This document shows, one piece after another, positions 1 to 19,451 of a DNA stretch of 64,000 nt. The stretch is from Blastocystis sp. Blastoise (Eukaryota; Protista; Bigyra: Opalinata). Location: the NCBI GenBank assembly GCA_039096225.1, contig JBBPEB010000007.1, positions 682,001 to 746,000 of the forward strand. The letters run 5' to 3'. The first letter of the stretch is position 1; the number at the start of each line of letters is the position of its first letter. The notes under the pieces are model-generated. The model saw only the letters and a list, made by a program, of their open reading frames with translations. It was not told where the DNA came from and did not search any database. The position numbers and the translations under genes were made by a program.

Positions 1-114
1 TATAATAAATATGAAAATAATTATAATAATAAATAAGATAATAACTATAATAATATATAAGATAATAAACGGTATTAAAATAATTAGAATAATAATAATA
101 ATAATAATATATAC

Positions 115-5150
<5,036 letters not shown>

Positions 5151-6703
5151 GTTTTTAATTTGAAAAGAACTCGAGTATATATCAAAAATAAATTGAGTAT
5201 TGATTTTCCAAGAATAAACATTAAAAACGAATTTATTCAATTTTTATATTCATCAAGTCGTTATTCTTATTCGAATTTATTTATATTCATTACATATAAT
5301 GTAAGATATTCTAAATGATCTATCAATTTGGAATAAAAATAGTTTGAAGATCCTATTAGTTGTAAGTATCGATTGATTTCTTATTATTCTAATAAATTTT
5401 ATGTTTAATAAGTATGGATTTTTGAAAAAGTATTTTATTTTTATTTGTAATAAGATATAATGATGAGAGATGAGGAAATGATTGGTACTATTCTTATAGA
5501 GCAGGTGCTATATCATGATTGTAACCTTACTCAACTGATTTATCTTATTACATCAATTCTATATACATCTTAAGAGATAATTATAATTATTTTTATTCTT
5601 TTTTAATTCATTTATTATAATTTTTAGCTTAATCAAGTTAGATATTATATATCGAAATTAATAAAGTTTGATATCTAGTTCTAAGTCGTTTTATTTCAAT
5701 ATATAATCGTCTGGAGATATACACAATTCTCAAAATAATGTCAGGTATTCTTTTAATAATTATATTTTATCAATAAATATAATTTTTTTAATACTTTTTT
5801 AATGCCTTTAACGATATATTATTCTTTCAATGAAACGAAAATATTTTTTTTTTAAATTCATAATAATTGTCTTTAAAATATTTACCTGTTTTTGTATTAG
5901 ATACATTAAATAGTATGTGTGGTGAAGTATAATTTACATATTTTCATTGTATTTCAAGTTATACTTGAAAATAAATATTAATATTATTTCTATACTTGTA
6001 TGTATTGAAATGTCTACAATCATATAGAATTTATTTTTTATGATATTATAATATAGAAATAAGATTATTCTAAACAAGTAATTAAGTTATTGAGTCATAT
6101 AATCAAATTAAAAAATCATTTAAATAGTATACAATAATAGAAAAAGATATGATTAGCTTTTAAATGCAAAAAATACGAATATTATTTATTAATTAAGTAA
6201 TAATGCCAAAGAATTAATCATTCAATTAATTATGATAATTATTATAATACATTCTTACATATATAACTATAATATATATCTGATATTATTTTAAGTAAAA
6301 ACTATTAAAAAGTTGATAACTATTTTTGGAAGATACATAGAAAAGAATACACTAAAAGAAAATTAAATTCTTCTCTATAAGTCAAGTATAATAATACATA
6401 AATTATATTCTATATAATCTTAGAAAAATATCATATAGTATATTATCACTTTATTAATATATATTACTGATGAAATATATATTTAAACTTTATACTCTTT
6501 AAAAACTAAATAAAACAATATTTATAATTCTTGTCTATTCATTTATAATAAACATTAACTATACTTACCAATTATTTATATATTATATTTTAAAAAATAA
6601 CAAAACACACAAAAACGAAATCTTTATTACTATATAACTATTATGTGTTATTAAATTCTAATAAAATAAAAATATAAGAAATATATAATCAAAGAAAAGA
6701 AAA

Positions 6704-9700
6704 TTATAAAGTAGCAGGTTTTTCTACTTTTGCTTCTTGAATTTGAGGTTTTTCAACTTTAGCTTCTTGAATTTGAGGTTTTTCAACTTTAGCTTCTTGT
6801 ATTTCAGGTATTTTCTTATGAGGTTGTATTTTTCTTTGTTTCTTTTCTATCTTGGAATACTTTAGAACAAATATTAAAACTAAAACTATAACAAGAATTA
6901 CTACTACAACAATAAGAATAATTGTTGCAGCTGAAAGAGAATTACCTGCTGATACTATTTCTCCATTAATTGAAGTATTAGTAATACTCTTTAGATTAGA
7001 ATCAGTACTTTCTTTACATGCTTTAAGAAGAACAGAATCATTTCCAGTAAATAAAGTATTTATATCATTCTTTATATTATCTTCATCAGATTCATTTGCA
7101 GTTATTCTTACATTAACTGAAACACCATCACTATAAGTAGATAGACTAGAAACACTAATAATCTTTACAGCAGATGAAGGAATAGAATAAGTACTAAGAG
7201 ATTGAACTATAAGTGTTCTAAATGTTTCTATAGTAGAAGGAGTATTAAAAGTTGTATCAGTTAATCCTTCAAGTTTAACGGCAGCATTAATAAATACTTT
7301 ATTATCACCTGGATTCTCTTTGGAATTATAAACAAAACAATCAGAACTATCAGCAACTTTCCAAGATGCAGTACCAACACCTGTATTTTGACAAACACGA
7401 CTTTGAATACCGGATTGACCTAAAGGACATTCAATATAAGCAGTAGTATCTCTTTCGGTTATAGGCCAGATATCATCAAGTGAACAATTAACAATACTTA
7501 TCGTAATAGTAATAGTAGCAGTAGCTTGTCCTCTTGCATTAGATACAGTAATAGTATAACTATTAGAAGAATCAGAAGTAGGAATACCATATATATAACC
7601 ATTTTGAGTGTTAAATGTTAATCCATCAGGAAGAGAAGGAGATATAGAAAGAGGATTCAGACTACCTCCAGCAATTGAAGCCATAATAGGATTAATAGCA
7701 TCATTCTTATAGCCAATAATTGTATTTGTATTATAAGAAATTGAAGGCATCTTTAATTGACAAATATCAACAACAGAATCCCAAGCAGCAGGATAACCAA
7801 GTGGACATAATCTTGTTCTAAATCCTTCATAATTAATAGGATCTTCACAAGGTAAAGTAGCTTGTTGACCTATTTCAGTCATAGACCAAATACCTTGTAT
7901 AGGACAATTAACAATACTTATAGTAATTGTAATTGTAGCAGTAGCTTGTCCTCTTGCATTAGATACAGTAATAGTATAAGTATTAGAAGAAGCAGAAGTA
8001 GGTGTACCATATATTTGACCATTTTGATTATTAAAAGATAATCCATCAGGAAGAGAAGGAGATATAGAAAGAGGATTCAAACTACCACCAGCAATAGAGG
8101 CAACCACAGGAATAATAGCAATATTCTTATATCCAATTGTAGTAGTAGCTGTATAAGAAATTGAAGGCATCTTTAATTGACAATTATCAATAACATCCTC
8201 CCAAACAGCAGGATATGCTAATTTACATAATCTAGTTCTAAATCCTTCATAATTAATAGGATCCTCACAAGGTAAAGTTGCTTGTTCACCAATTTCAGTC
8301 ATAGACCAGATATCATCAAGTGAACAATTAACAATACTTATCGTAATAGTAATAATAGCAGCTGATTGACCTCTTGCATTAGATACAGTAATAGTATAAC
8401 TATTAGAAGAATCAGAAGTAGGAATACCATGAATTAATCCAGTAATAGGATTAAAAGATAATCCATCAGGAAGAGAAGGAGATATAGTAAGATCATTAAG
8501 ACTACCACCAGTAAGAGAAGCTATAATAGGAGTAATAGCAATATTTTTATATCCAATTGTAGTAGTTATATCATATATTATTGAAGGCATCTTTAATTGA
8601 CAATTATTAATAACATCCTCCCAAACAGCAGGATATTCTAATTTACATAATCTTGTTCTAAATCCTTCATAATTAATAGTATCTTCACAAGGTAAAGTTG
8701 CTTGTTCACCAATTTCAGTCATAGACCAACCATTTTCAGCAATACAAGAAACAGTATTAATAGTAATAGTAATAGTAGCAGTAGATTGACTTCTAGCATT
8801 AGATACAGTAATAGTATAACTATTAGAAGAATCAGAAGAGGGAATACCATAAATTAATCCAGTAATAGGATTTAATAGCAATCCATCAGGAAGAGAAGGA
8901 TTAATAGAAAGAGGATTCAGATTACCACCAGCAATAGAAGCCAATATAGGAGTAATAGCAATATTTTTATATCCAGTTATAGTAGTAGTTGAATAAGAAA
9001 TTGAAGGCATCTTTAATTCACAGCCATCAACAACAGAAGCCCAAATAGCAGGATACTCAAGTTGACATAATCTTGTTCTAGAACCTTCATAATTAATAGT
9101 ATCTTCGCATGGTAAAGTAGCTTGTTGACCAGCTTCAGTAATAGACCAATTATCATCATCAGAACAAGAAGCAGTATCAATTTGAATCATAATAATAGTA
9201 GTAACAGAACCAGCAGTATTAGTAGCAGTAACAGTATAAGTAGTAGCATCAGAATTAGTAGTAGGTGTACCAGAAATCGTGCCATCAGAAGGATTAATAG
9301 TAAGACCATTAGGAAGAGCAGGATATATAGTAAAAGTTAATTCAATACCAGTTACACTAGCATCAAGAGATACAGGTATATTTTTATGATAAATAAAAGG
9401 AGAACCAGTATAAGAAAGGTCAGTAGGAGCAACTAAAGTGCAAAGTTGTTCAACTTCACCAAATACAGCTGCAGTACATAATCTTCTTTGAATACCAGCA
9501 TAACCAATAGGACATTCTTGGAATGAATAACCACCTTCAACAGCAGGTCCCCAAGTACCATCAGCTATACAAGAAGAAGTAGTACTAGTAATATATAAAC
9601 CAAATTCAGATAATTGGAAGCCATCACTACAAGTGTTTCCATCAAGAGGAGTATTACTACATTCAGTAGCAATAAATCGATAGGAATTATAAGGTATAGC

Positions 9701-12700
9701 AGCATAGAAATCATAAGAGAATGTTTGTCCATAAGAGGTAAAGAATTGTTGATATTCATGATCTAATAATGTCCAAGTAATGCCATTATCATTAGAACCT
9801 TCAATTCTCCAACTAGAAGGAGATCTTTGATTACAAGTATTACCATTAGTAATCTTATAATGATTAATAAATTCTTTACGATCATTATTAAAAGTATATT
9901 GATAAATAGCACCAACACATCGTGGACCACTAACAACCTGAGTATTCAAATTATTATCAAATAATTTATCAGTACTTTGAGAATCAGTCTTTTCAATATC
10001 AGACCAAGCAACACCATCAGATACTCTGTATTCACCAGAAGGAATAAAAGCAACAAAACAAGTGAAATCATTAGTAGTAGGAAGAGTTTCTTTCTTATGT
10101 ATTTCAATAGCTATAACATTAGTACCAACAACAAGAATAGGATTGATAACTATAAAAACAGAACTAATAAAAGAAGTACTGGATGTAAATTCAGTTGTAG
10201 CAGCAGTATTATAATTAACAGTACCTGTAGGCATATTAATTCTTCTAATTTCATGACCATTAAGATAAATAATCATACCAGCATAAGTACTAGCACTAAT
10301 ATCGATTCCAGCATAAGCAGCATCAACAGTAGCAAGAGTAAAAGTAGTTCTATAATATTGAGTATTACCAGTAGGAGCAGATAAAGATCCAGAAATACCA
10401 GTAGACCAAGAGTCATCAGAGAAAGAATCTGTATTCCAATCAGAAGGAGCTTCAATATCATCATTTAAGTATTTCCAAGCAGCACTAGTAGAAACAATTC
10501 TACCAATATTAAGAGTAACAGTCTTAGGAGATTCACCTATAGCAAGAGAACCAGAAACAAGAGCAGTTGTACTATCTTCAACAAATACAGAATAAGTACC
10601 TTCACCCCAACCATCATTCTTGCTATCCGATAAAACTAAAGTATAAATACCAGAAGCTCTACAATAAAAGAAATTTTGAGTAGAATAATCAACAGAAGTA
10701 GATCTCGAATCAATAGCAGTACCGGTAGAATCGTTAAGTGTCCAAGAAGCTTCATTAGCATAATTTTTAAAATAGAATGATAATTTGAATAAGTTATTTG
10801 GAAAACTACAATCAATTACAGAGAAAGTAATATCATAAGTTGAAGGATAACCTTGAAAAGTTTTAGCACTAACAGTATAAGTAGTAGGAGATTGAAGTTG
10901 AGTAGGAATACCATTGAAATAACCATTAGAAGAATCCATAGAAAGACCACTAGGAAGATCAGGAGAAATAGTGAAATCATAATAATATTCAGAAGAAACC
11001 AAAAGAGCAGGAACAGGAACATCTTTATAAGCAACAAGATTAGAAGGAGTGAGACTGAAAGCAGGAATAACAAGAGAATTAGCATCTTCAATTAAGAATT
11101 CCCATTCAGAAAAAGCATATCTATTTTCATCCATAATTACAGCAGCTTTTGTAACAGCAATCTTATAATTAGTATAAGCTAGATAATTACGATAAACTAT
11201 GAAACATTTTCTTTGTTGTCTTTCTTCCCAAGAAACATTAGATTGAGAAGTAATAGAAACCCAAGTAGTACCATCCATAGAACCATAAATAGTCCAATCA
11301 GCAGGATCATAATTAGGAGCATCACTATTGGAATAAATACAATATTTACTCATATAAATAGCTCTCTTATTATTAAATTCAACAGTAACCCATTGTTCGC
11401 TAATAGAATCATGATTAGGAGTAATCCAACTAGTATTGGGATTAGAATCGAAAAGATTAGCAGCAGCACCATCAGTGAAAGCACCACTAGAATCATAAGT
11501 ACCATCAGAAGAATTTTGAATGACATTAGAATCGCCAATAAGATGGACTATACCATCAAAATCAAGATAATAAGAGCCAATACCACGATTAACTAGACCA
11601 ATAGCTATAGTAGCACTATTACCATTAGAGAGTGCATTAATATAACCAGATACAGATCTCCATATGAAAGAAGAATCACCACCAGTAGCACCAGTATCAG
11701 CATTAATTTCACCAGCAGCAAGATTATATCTATAGACTTCATTACCATTAACATAAATAACACAACCATCTTTAGATTTAAAGAATAATTCCCAACCAAC
11801 CATATTAGTCTTAGAAGTAATAGTAAAAGTATTTCTAAGAAGAATAATATTTTGAGTAACAGAAACAAGAGGATCATAAGAAAATGGAAGCCAGTTTGTG
11901 TCAGAAAATGATATTGTTCTCCATAAAGTAGTACTAGAAGCACCTTGTTGATATTTCCAAGTATTAGATTTAGGAGCAAGATCAAGACGAGTATTAACAT
12001 AATAAGTAGCAGTATTACCAGCTAATAAATATAAACGAGCAATTCTATGTTCAGTAGTAAGATCATATTTTAATGAAACATCAAGATAAGCACCTTTTTC
12101 CCAGCCATTATTACCATCATCAAAAAGAACAAACTTCCAACGACCAGCAGGTTGACAAACAGTAGATTTTTGATTATCACCATCATTAACACCAGTAAGT
12201 GTAATAATTTGAGTATTATCTTCATTATAAATAACAACACGTTCATCTTTAGAAGTCGATTTATTAACTTTAGTAATAACTACTTGAGCCATAGTAGGTT
12301 GTTGACATACTATACTACTAATAGCCATAATAAAAGAAGTAGGAGCATTTGTAGCACCATCAATAGCACTAATAGTATAAGTTTTAGTGGTAATAGCAGT
12401 ATCTACATAACCAAAAATATCACCATTAACAGCATCAAGAAATAATCCAGTAGGTAATTCAGGAGTAATAGTAAAAGTATGAATACCACTAGAAATAGGA
12501 GAAACGGATATATATGCATAAGTATTGAAATCAAGAGTATTAGAAGGATATTGAAGACCAGGAGAAAGAAGAGCCTGAGTAGTAACAAAAGTACGAATTT
12601 CAGCTAATTGAGTATAACTGTTGCCATTATTATTTAATATATCAAATTTAATTTGATTGAAAGATTTTCTATTCGAAGGAATATTAAATACATAGCTAGT

Positions 12701-13980
12701 ACTTTTAGCAGCAAACATATTTTTAGTAATATGATCTAAGAGTATCCAAGTAGCTCCACCATCTTCAGAACCATAGAATTTCCATTCTCTAGGATCTCTT
12801 CCTGACTGAGTATTAGCAGAAGTAATTTGATAAGCATTAAACCAAGTCTTAGATCCATTAGGAAGAGCAATAGTAATAGTACCAGTGTTACCTGGGAAAT
12901 CATATTGAGATGAATCGGAATTATCAACAACATTACTACAAACATAATATGTATTATCACTTTCAACAGAACAAGTAGCAGTACCACCAGAAGTAACAGC
13001 TTCACCAGCTAAAATAATAAGAAAGATAATAATTAATATATTTGTTTATATATTATAAGACATATCATTGAAAAAAAATAGATTAATAAACAAAAAACAA
13101 ATATGAATATAATAATATATACTAGTAGAAGTAATAGTAGTTGCATAACCATCAAAGACATCATAAGTATTTAATTGAGAAGAATGAGAGTGAACTTCAA
13201 TAGCAATTGTAAAATCAGTACCTGATGTGATATAAGGAGACAGAGGAATGACAATTCTATATACATATAATAATAAATATATATATAATGGATATAAAAT
13301 ATAACATATATATTTACGTTTTCATTGCAATAAAAGTGTCCACAATTAAAGAACCAGTATTAGAATCCGTTACACTATATATAATAGATAATTATTATAT
13401 TTTATTATTATACATATTTTTAGATACAAATAGAACAAAAAATAATATATATTGTATATAAATAAGTTTATAAACAAAAAGACATACGTAGGTAAACCAA
13501 CACGAGAAGCTTCAATACCATTTATATATATAATAAAACCAGAATCTATCTGAAAACCAAAACGAAGAGCATAAGAAGCAGCATAAGAAATAGAAGAAGT
13601 ATATCTATAATAACGAGTAGTAGTAGAAACAGCAGGGAAAGAACCAGGAGCAAGAGGAGTCCAAGCAGCATCATCAAAATCCATTTGAGTCCAAGAAGTA
13701 CCAGTTTGAGCAATAGTAGAAGTCTTCCAAATAGTATCAGAAGTAAAAACAAGATTCACTATATAAAATAATACAAAAAAATATAATATACAAAATAAAA
13801 CAAAAAATATTATATATAATAAATCAAATAATAATAATAATATAATAATAAATACAAGTGAATTGTTGTAATTTAGGAACATTAGCAGAAGCTTCACCCC
13901 TATTGAGTATTGCAGTTAGGAAGTTAGTTTCACCATATTTAATATAAAGATAAGCACCACTAGACCAGCCATCTCCGTAA
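6704..13980 (-). CDS. Giant type-I membrane surface/adhesin-like protein, exons 3-7 (beta-sandwich/discoidin-like modules, He_PIG-like Ig repeats alternating with HormR-like Cys modules, SEA-like region, single TM)
   Basis: The 2004-aa ORF 6704-12718 extends in frame to 13008 and through four upstream exons (about 13123-13256, 13318-13374, 13488-13759, 13857-13980) with no stop. It contains LPDGLSFN..TG.I.G.PT repeats, C..W..T..G..A..PC...G.R.R.C...W..C modules, the TM IILIVVVVILVIVLVLIFVL and a basic cytoplasmic tail. Confidence 0.85.
6716..6805 (-). repeat. 30-bp tandem repeat (x3) encoding KPQIQEAKVE in the cytoplasmic tail
   Basis: Direct repeats of ggtttttc(t/a)actt(t)(t/a)gcttcttg(a/t)attt; the translation shows QEAKVEKP three times. 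Confidence 0.85.
7430..9250 (-). repeat. 420-bp (140-aa) tandem coding repeat, about 4.3 copies
   Basis: The anchor ttgaaggcatctttaatt recurs at 7741, 8161, 8581 and 9001, an exact 420-bp period. Confidence 0.92.
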
Positions 13981-14003
13981 CTAAAAATATTATACAATTA
14001 TAA

Positions 14004-14022
14004 CACTATTAGTCTTTTTTCA
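14004..14022 (+). repeat. Left terminal inverted repeat (CACTA...)
   Basis: CACTATTAGTCTTTTTTCA preceded by the TAA target duplication. Confidence 0.8.
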
Positions 14023-14929
14023 CGGGAGGAAAAAAGCGATACATGAGAAATTCCAACTAATTATTTTTCAGATTATTTAAGATATTATCATAGTTATCCC
14101 CTTGGGAAATAAAACAAACTTCTAACATTCTATTGAAGTAAGCAAAAAAATAATCCAATAATATTAAGAATATTCATAATGGGAGCCAATAAAATGTCCA
14201 AAATTTCTTATATAGAGCATTCTATTTATTCGAAAATAATTTTAGTGTTTCAATAAAAGTAATTATCTTTTTAATAATTATCAGTTTTTTTAAACATATT
14301 TATAACTTCTGTATATAATAGAAAACAAAACTCTTAATATTAATAGAATAGATAATGATAACAATTTAAATAATAAAAATATCGTAAATATATATTTAAT
14401 GAAGATATTTGTTTATAATTAATCATATAGATCATGAAGTACAGTTTTATGCCTATAAATAAATAATAATTAATTATAAAATAAATAGCAATTAATTATA
14501 AAAATAATATTTAAATTATAAAATACATTTTGTAATTTAATCCTTTCTTAATCCTATAAAAAAATATATAAATTAGTGAAAATAGTATTAATTCTAAATA
14601 TATACATACAAATATTTACCAATATAGTTGGTTGGACAGATATATTTAAGTCTAAATCATAATTAAGTATTAACTATAAAAGAAAAGAAAATTAGATTAC
14701 AAATATATAAATATATACAAACGTAAGTATAATTTTTAATAAAATAGTACAAACGAATAACCTATATATGATAGTAATTAATTATATTATAAAAAAGAAT
14801 ATAAGAAATATATTTACAATTATAATAATGTTTAGCAAAAATAATAATCACATCAACCATGATAGAGTCTTAACTATAAATTAAAATAATCAAAAACAAG
14901 GAATTAAAAACATACATACAGAGATAAAT

Positions 14930-15558
14930 ATGTGACACAAGAACGGCTACATCAGTCATCGTCCTATATAAGATCAAGAATTACTAAAGATACATAACGT
15001 TATTAATTCATACTGAATAAACATAAAATAAATATAAAATAAATATAACAATAAATAAAATGTATTCTAGAATAAATAAAAAGGTATGTTTTTAAATACA
15101 ACCTTTATTGTCAAATCATATTACTTACAATTAGTGACGAATATTGTTTTTGACTCTGTCATAACAGCTCGTCAGTTGAGATATTATGACGTGGTTGGTT
15201 TTATACTTATATGACTTATTATTAAAGGCTTCGTCATTCCTTATCCAATTAGAAATCTATAAATATAAGTAAATTTCACGGGGAATCATATAATATATGT
15301 GTATTTATATTAATAATATATATATATATATAGATAATCAAAAAGATATATATATAATATTTACCATGAATGATTCTTTAATCTTTGATATATCTTCTAT
15401 TATTTGATGATCTTTATCTTCTAAGAAAAATCCAAAAAATGAAACAAAATTACCATTATTTTTCTTATCATAAAATGCCTTTTTTATTATTCTTTTAATT
15501 GTATTAATATCCTTAATTTAGTTCTGCAAAAGTACGGTGTCTCACACACTTTAACCAT
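14930..15558 (-). pseudogene. Decayed spliced ORF just inside the left end of the element
   Basis: ATG at 15558 (MVKVCETPYFCRTKL), then frameshifted fragments KDINTIKRIIKKAFYDKKIM, EDKDHQIIEDISKIKESFM and ISNWIRNDEAFNNKSYKYKTNHVIISQLTSCYDRVK, bounded by GT/AG sites, with in-frame stops. Confidence 0.45.
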
Positions 15559-15559
15559 T

Positions 15560-18070
15560 ATTGACTTTGTTATTAGCTTTTATAAAATAAAAATAACATC
15601 ATAAAATCCGGAACACAATTCTGAAAATGACTGTTAAAGAAATTTTTCGAAAACTCTAAATTTCTGGCTAAAAAACGCAATAAACCATTTTCGCACAAAA
15701 TTTTAACCAAAATTATTGGATTATTTTTATTTTATCCAATATTTTTCATTTTTATAAAAACACTTATTTTTCGTTTTTCATTTTTTATTGTTTTCTTATT
15801 TTTTCTATATCTCTTCACATACTATATATTTATTTTTATAAAATTAACTTTTATTGACGGGTTGGTCTTATAAATAGTTTTGACGGGTAGATTTGTTTAT
15901 ATTTACAACTTGACAACATATCAATACACACATCACTAACTATAAACTCTAAAATGGTTTCAGTTGTCATGATAATGACCTCAACTACTCTGAAACAACA
16001 ATAATTCCTTTAAATAACGACAAAAGACAAACTGATATCCAACACATTCCTTCTTTATAAACTTATTTGAGCTTTAATGTATTTATTTAACTCTGTATCC
16101 GTCATAAATATGTTTTATATTTTAATAATATGTTTTAAAAGAGAAATATTTGTTTATAAAATTTTTTCATCTTTGATACCCAATTTTGTTATCATCAGAT
16201 CTCAGTCAATATTCAACATATAATAAAAATAATAACATATTTAGAAACTAGACAACCTAAATATCATCCGTTTTTTATATTTTTATTTAATATATAATAT
16301 TAACCGAGATATGTTAATTTATATTAAAAACATAAAATTGAAATTTTTCTAAAAATGGTATATTTTGTTATCATCAGATCTCAGTCAATATTTTATAAAA
16401 TAAAAAGGTTAAAGCTTATTTAGATATAGGACGACCTAAATGTCATCCGTTTTTGCCATTTTTTTAAAATATTAAAAAATGAAGTCACAGGAGACAATAG
16501 TTAAACTCAATAAAAAAATGACGTTCGAAAATTTTGTTAAAAATTTTTCATTTGTTTTTTGTTAATATTTTCATCATTAACAAGCATATTTGACATTTGA
16601 CACTATATTGAATCACTACATATCAAAATAAACATATTTTACAATTTTATTTTGTTTTTAAAAGACTTTGACAACAGATCACCAGACAATGTTAACTCAA
16701 TAAACTCTTAAAACGTTTTAATTAGTGTTTAGAATCATTTATGGACATTGAATGTGACTTATTTGAAAAAGTTAAGACAACATGTTGAACTGATACTGAC
16801 AATGTTTGTTTTAAAAAGTCATTTATGAGTCATTATGAGTTGTAAATGTTATAAATATGCTTAAAATAAATAAATTTGTTTTTAATTGTCTTTAATTAGT
16901 GAAATAAATCGTTTAAAAAAAGAAAACATTTTTGATACTATAGTTTATTTTGACAATTTCTCCATCAATATTAATTTTTAAAAAATAAATAAAACTTATC
17001 TATAAACTAGATAACCTATAGTTTATATATTTATAAAAATATTATCTAAATATAAAATAACTTTTGAGAAAAAAAATTATATATGCAAAACATAAAAAAA
17101 TTAATTTTTGAAAAAAGGGTATACTTTATCGTTTTAATTTCTCAGTCAATATTTAATTATTTTATATAATTTTAACAAATAAATATAGAGAATAAAATAT
17201 ATTAATTATATTATTTTTAATATTTGAAATTAATAAAAAAATGAGTTCAGTAGAGTCAATAGTGTAACATGTTAAAAAACTGAAAATTGAAAAATCATTT
17301 TTCTAAAAATTTTCCAAAAGTTGACAAATCAAATTCATATTTGACAATTAATTTTTACATTTTTGATAACTAGACCTTATATGTATTGCATTTCTTAAAA
17401 AATTAGTCAAAAATAAGTTAGACGAGTGTATATATATATAACATGTTGACTCATAATTTTGAAAAAAGTAGTTAAATATGTCCTAAACCACATATCAAAG
17501 CAATTCTATAAATATTATCACTTTATAATGAGTTTAAAGGGTAAAATAATTTTGAATTGTCTGTTTGACTGTCTTAAGTGAAGAGATTCAATACACTTTT
17601 TGTAAAAATGAGTATTAGAGTGTTTAATGTTTATAATAATGAAAGAATTGTTTGAAATAAAGGTGGTTATGTGTTTGACCAAAATGTTAAAATGAGTCTA
17701 TTTTTAAAAAATGGTTAGAATAAGAAAGTATTGAGTGTTTTTGGAGTATTTTATATTAAAATTTACAATAAATAAATAATTTAAGTTGTTCAAAAAAATA
17801 TTTTTTTAGAATTACAATAGTTAAGTCAAGAGATTCAAGTCACCTTTTATTAAAATAATAAATAGACCTATTATAGAATATAGAATATTAAAAATTAGTT
17901 TAATTAAACATGGTTGACTGTTTGATAGGAGTGTTAAAATGGGTAAAAAGATTTTAATTGTTTCTAAAACTGTATAATACGTTTTTATGTCACTAAATAC
18001 AAAATTATTATTGTTTAAAGAATGTTTTTTGTCTTTCAAAAGAACTCATTCTTTGTAATTGTGACTTTAA
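15560..18070. repeat. Non-coding diverged repeat array (about 179-bp direct repeats inside about 760-bp higher-order repeats), TTGAC/GTCAA-rich
   Basis: ttttgttatcatcagatctcagtcaatatt at ~16184 and ~16363, with degenerate copies near 16950 and 17135. aaaaatga.gt..cag.aga..caatagt at ~16475 and ~17237. No real ORF. Confidence 0.7.
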
Positions 18071-19037
18071 ACAAAAGAGATTCAAGTTACTTTTTATAAA
18101 TTAAAATACTAAATTAAATATATATGTATATTAATATAAAATTCGTTTTAACAAAAGTGGATATGTGTATTTAAAAACGTTAAAATCTTTTAGAGTTTTT
18201 TTATGATAACTTATTTGTTTTAGAAGCTATATTGTATGTATAATAGGTAAAGTTTCCAAAGTATTTAAATCTATTTAGTTATGAAATGGAATGTAATTTT
18301 TGGTTTATATTTAGTTTTTCGTTTCATTTAATGAAATGATTTTGATAACACTATAAAAATTGAATTAAATTTGAATTAATTAATTTTAAATAATGAAAAG
18401 ATAATTTCTCTATAAATATTCTCTTTTACTTAAAACGAATAGATTCTATTAATGATAAATATTAAAATAAGACTCTAATTTTTTTGTTTATTATATAAAG
18501 TAATAAATATCTTTTAATTATTAAGAGTACTTTTGTATTAATAATTCAAACTAAAATAAGTATAATAAAAGAAAAATTATAATATTTATCAAATAATATC
18601 AAGATATGATTACTATTTACATAATTAAACATTTATTAATTGAGAAAAGCTGTATAATAAAATTTCTAAAATATTTATATAATAGTATATATAAAAGGAA
18701 AGGATAAAATATAAAAAAACAAATAGATATCAAAATTATAATATTTTAAAAATAAAACAAAACAATATATGAAAAGAATATATAATGTTTTTTTTAGACA
18801 AGAGAATAAGCTATTTCTCACAATAATAATTATATAGACTAATTCAAATAAAACATAAATATTTAAAGGTAGGGTATAAGTGATAATAATATGTTTTAAA
18901 AGAAAAAGTATTTTATAATCATATTGATATTATTTAAAATACTAAATATTTATAAAACTAAATGAATTGATAAAATACAAAGAAAGTTATAAATGAAATA
19001 ACAAAGAAAAGTGAATTAATATTGAAAACTAAAAACT

Positions 19038-19138
19038 AAATAGAAATAGAAATAGAAATAGAAATAGAAATAGAAATAGAAATAGAAATAGAAATAGAAA
19101 TAGAAATAGAAATAGAAATAGAAATAGAAATAGAAATA
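19038..19138 (+). repeat. (AAATAG)n hexamer microsatellite, about 16 copies
   Basis: Directly visible perfect array. Confidence 0.95.
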
Positions 19139-19451
19139 AGATCAAAAATAAAACACAAGAGTTAATTAATTATCATTGATAAACAATAAATATATATAAT
19201 CAATAATAAAAATGGCTAAAAAGAATATTAAAAAAAAAAGAAATTATACTCAAAAACATATAGAATGTTAAGTAAGAATTATCAATATGTATGAATTAAA
19301 TTATTTAAAATACTAAATTGAAAATTAAGATTAGAAGATAACAATTAAAAGCAATTGAAATAATATTTTATAGAATATGAAATAGTTTTAATCCTAAAAA
19401 AAAATAAAAACAGAAATGAATAACAAAAACATAAGAATAAATATTCATTTT

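Noticed and set aside
5300-5760. Possible small plus-strand gene between the helicase and the surface gene
   Set aside because: Could not assemble a consistent spliced frame.
6852-13005. Many short antisense or alternate-frame ORFs overlapping the surface-protein gene
   Set aside because: Shadows of the codon bias of the long minus-strand CDS.
15533-15560. TA|CGGTGTCTCACAC as a Tc1/mariner-like TIR of a nested element
   Set aside because: No inverted partner found in the window. It reads better as the start of the decayed minus-strand ORF.
15560-18070. CRISPR array or centromere
   Set aside because: No regular repeat-spacer structure and the context is eukaryotic. A centromere cannot be supported from sequence alone, and the array lies within a TSD-flanked transposon.
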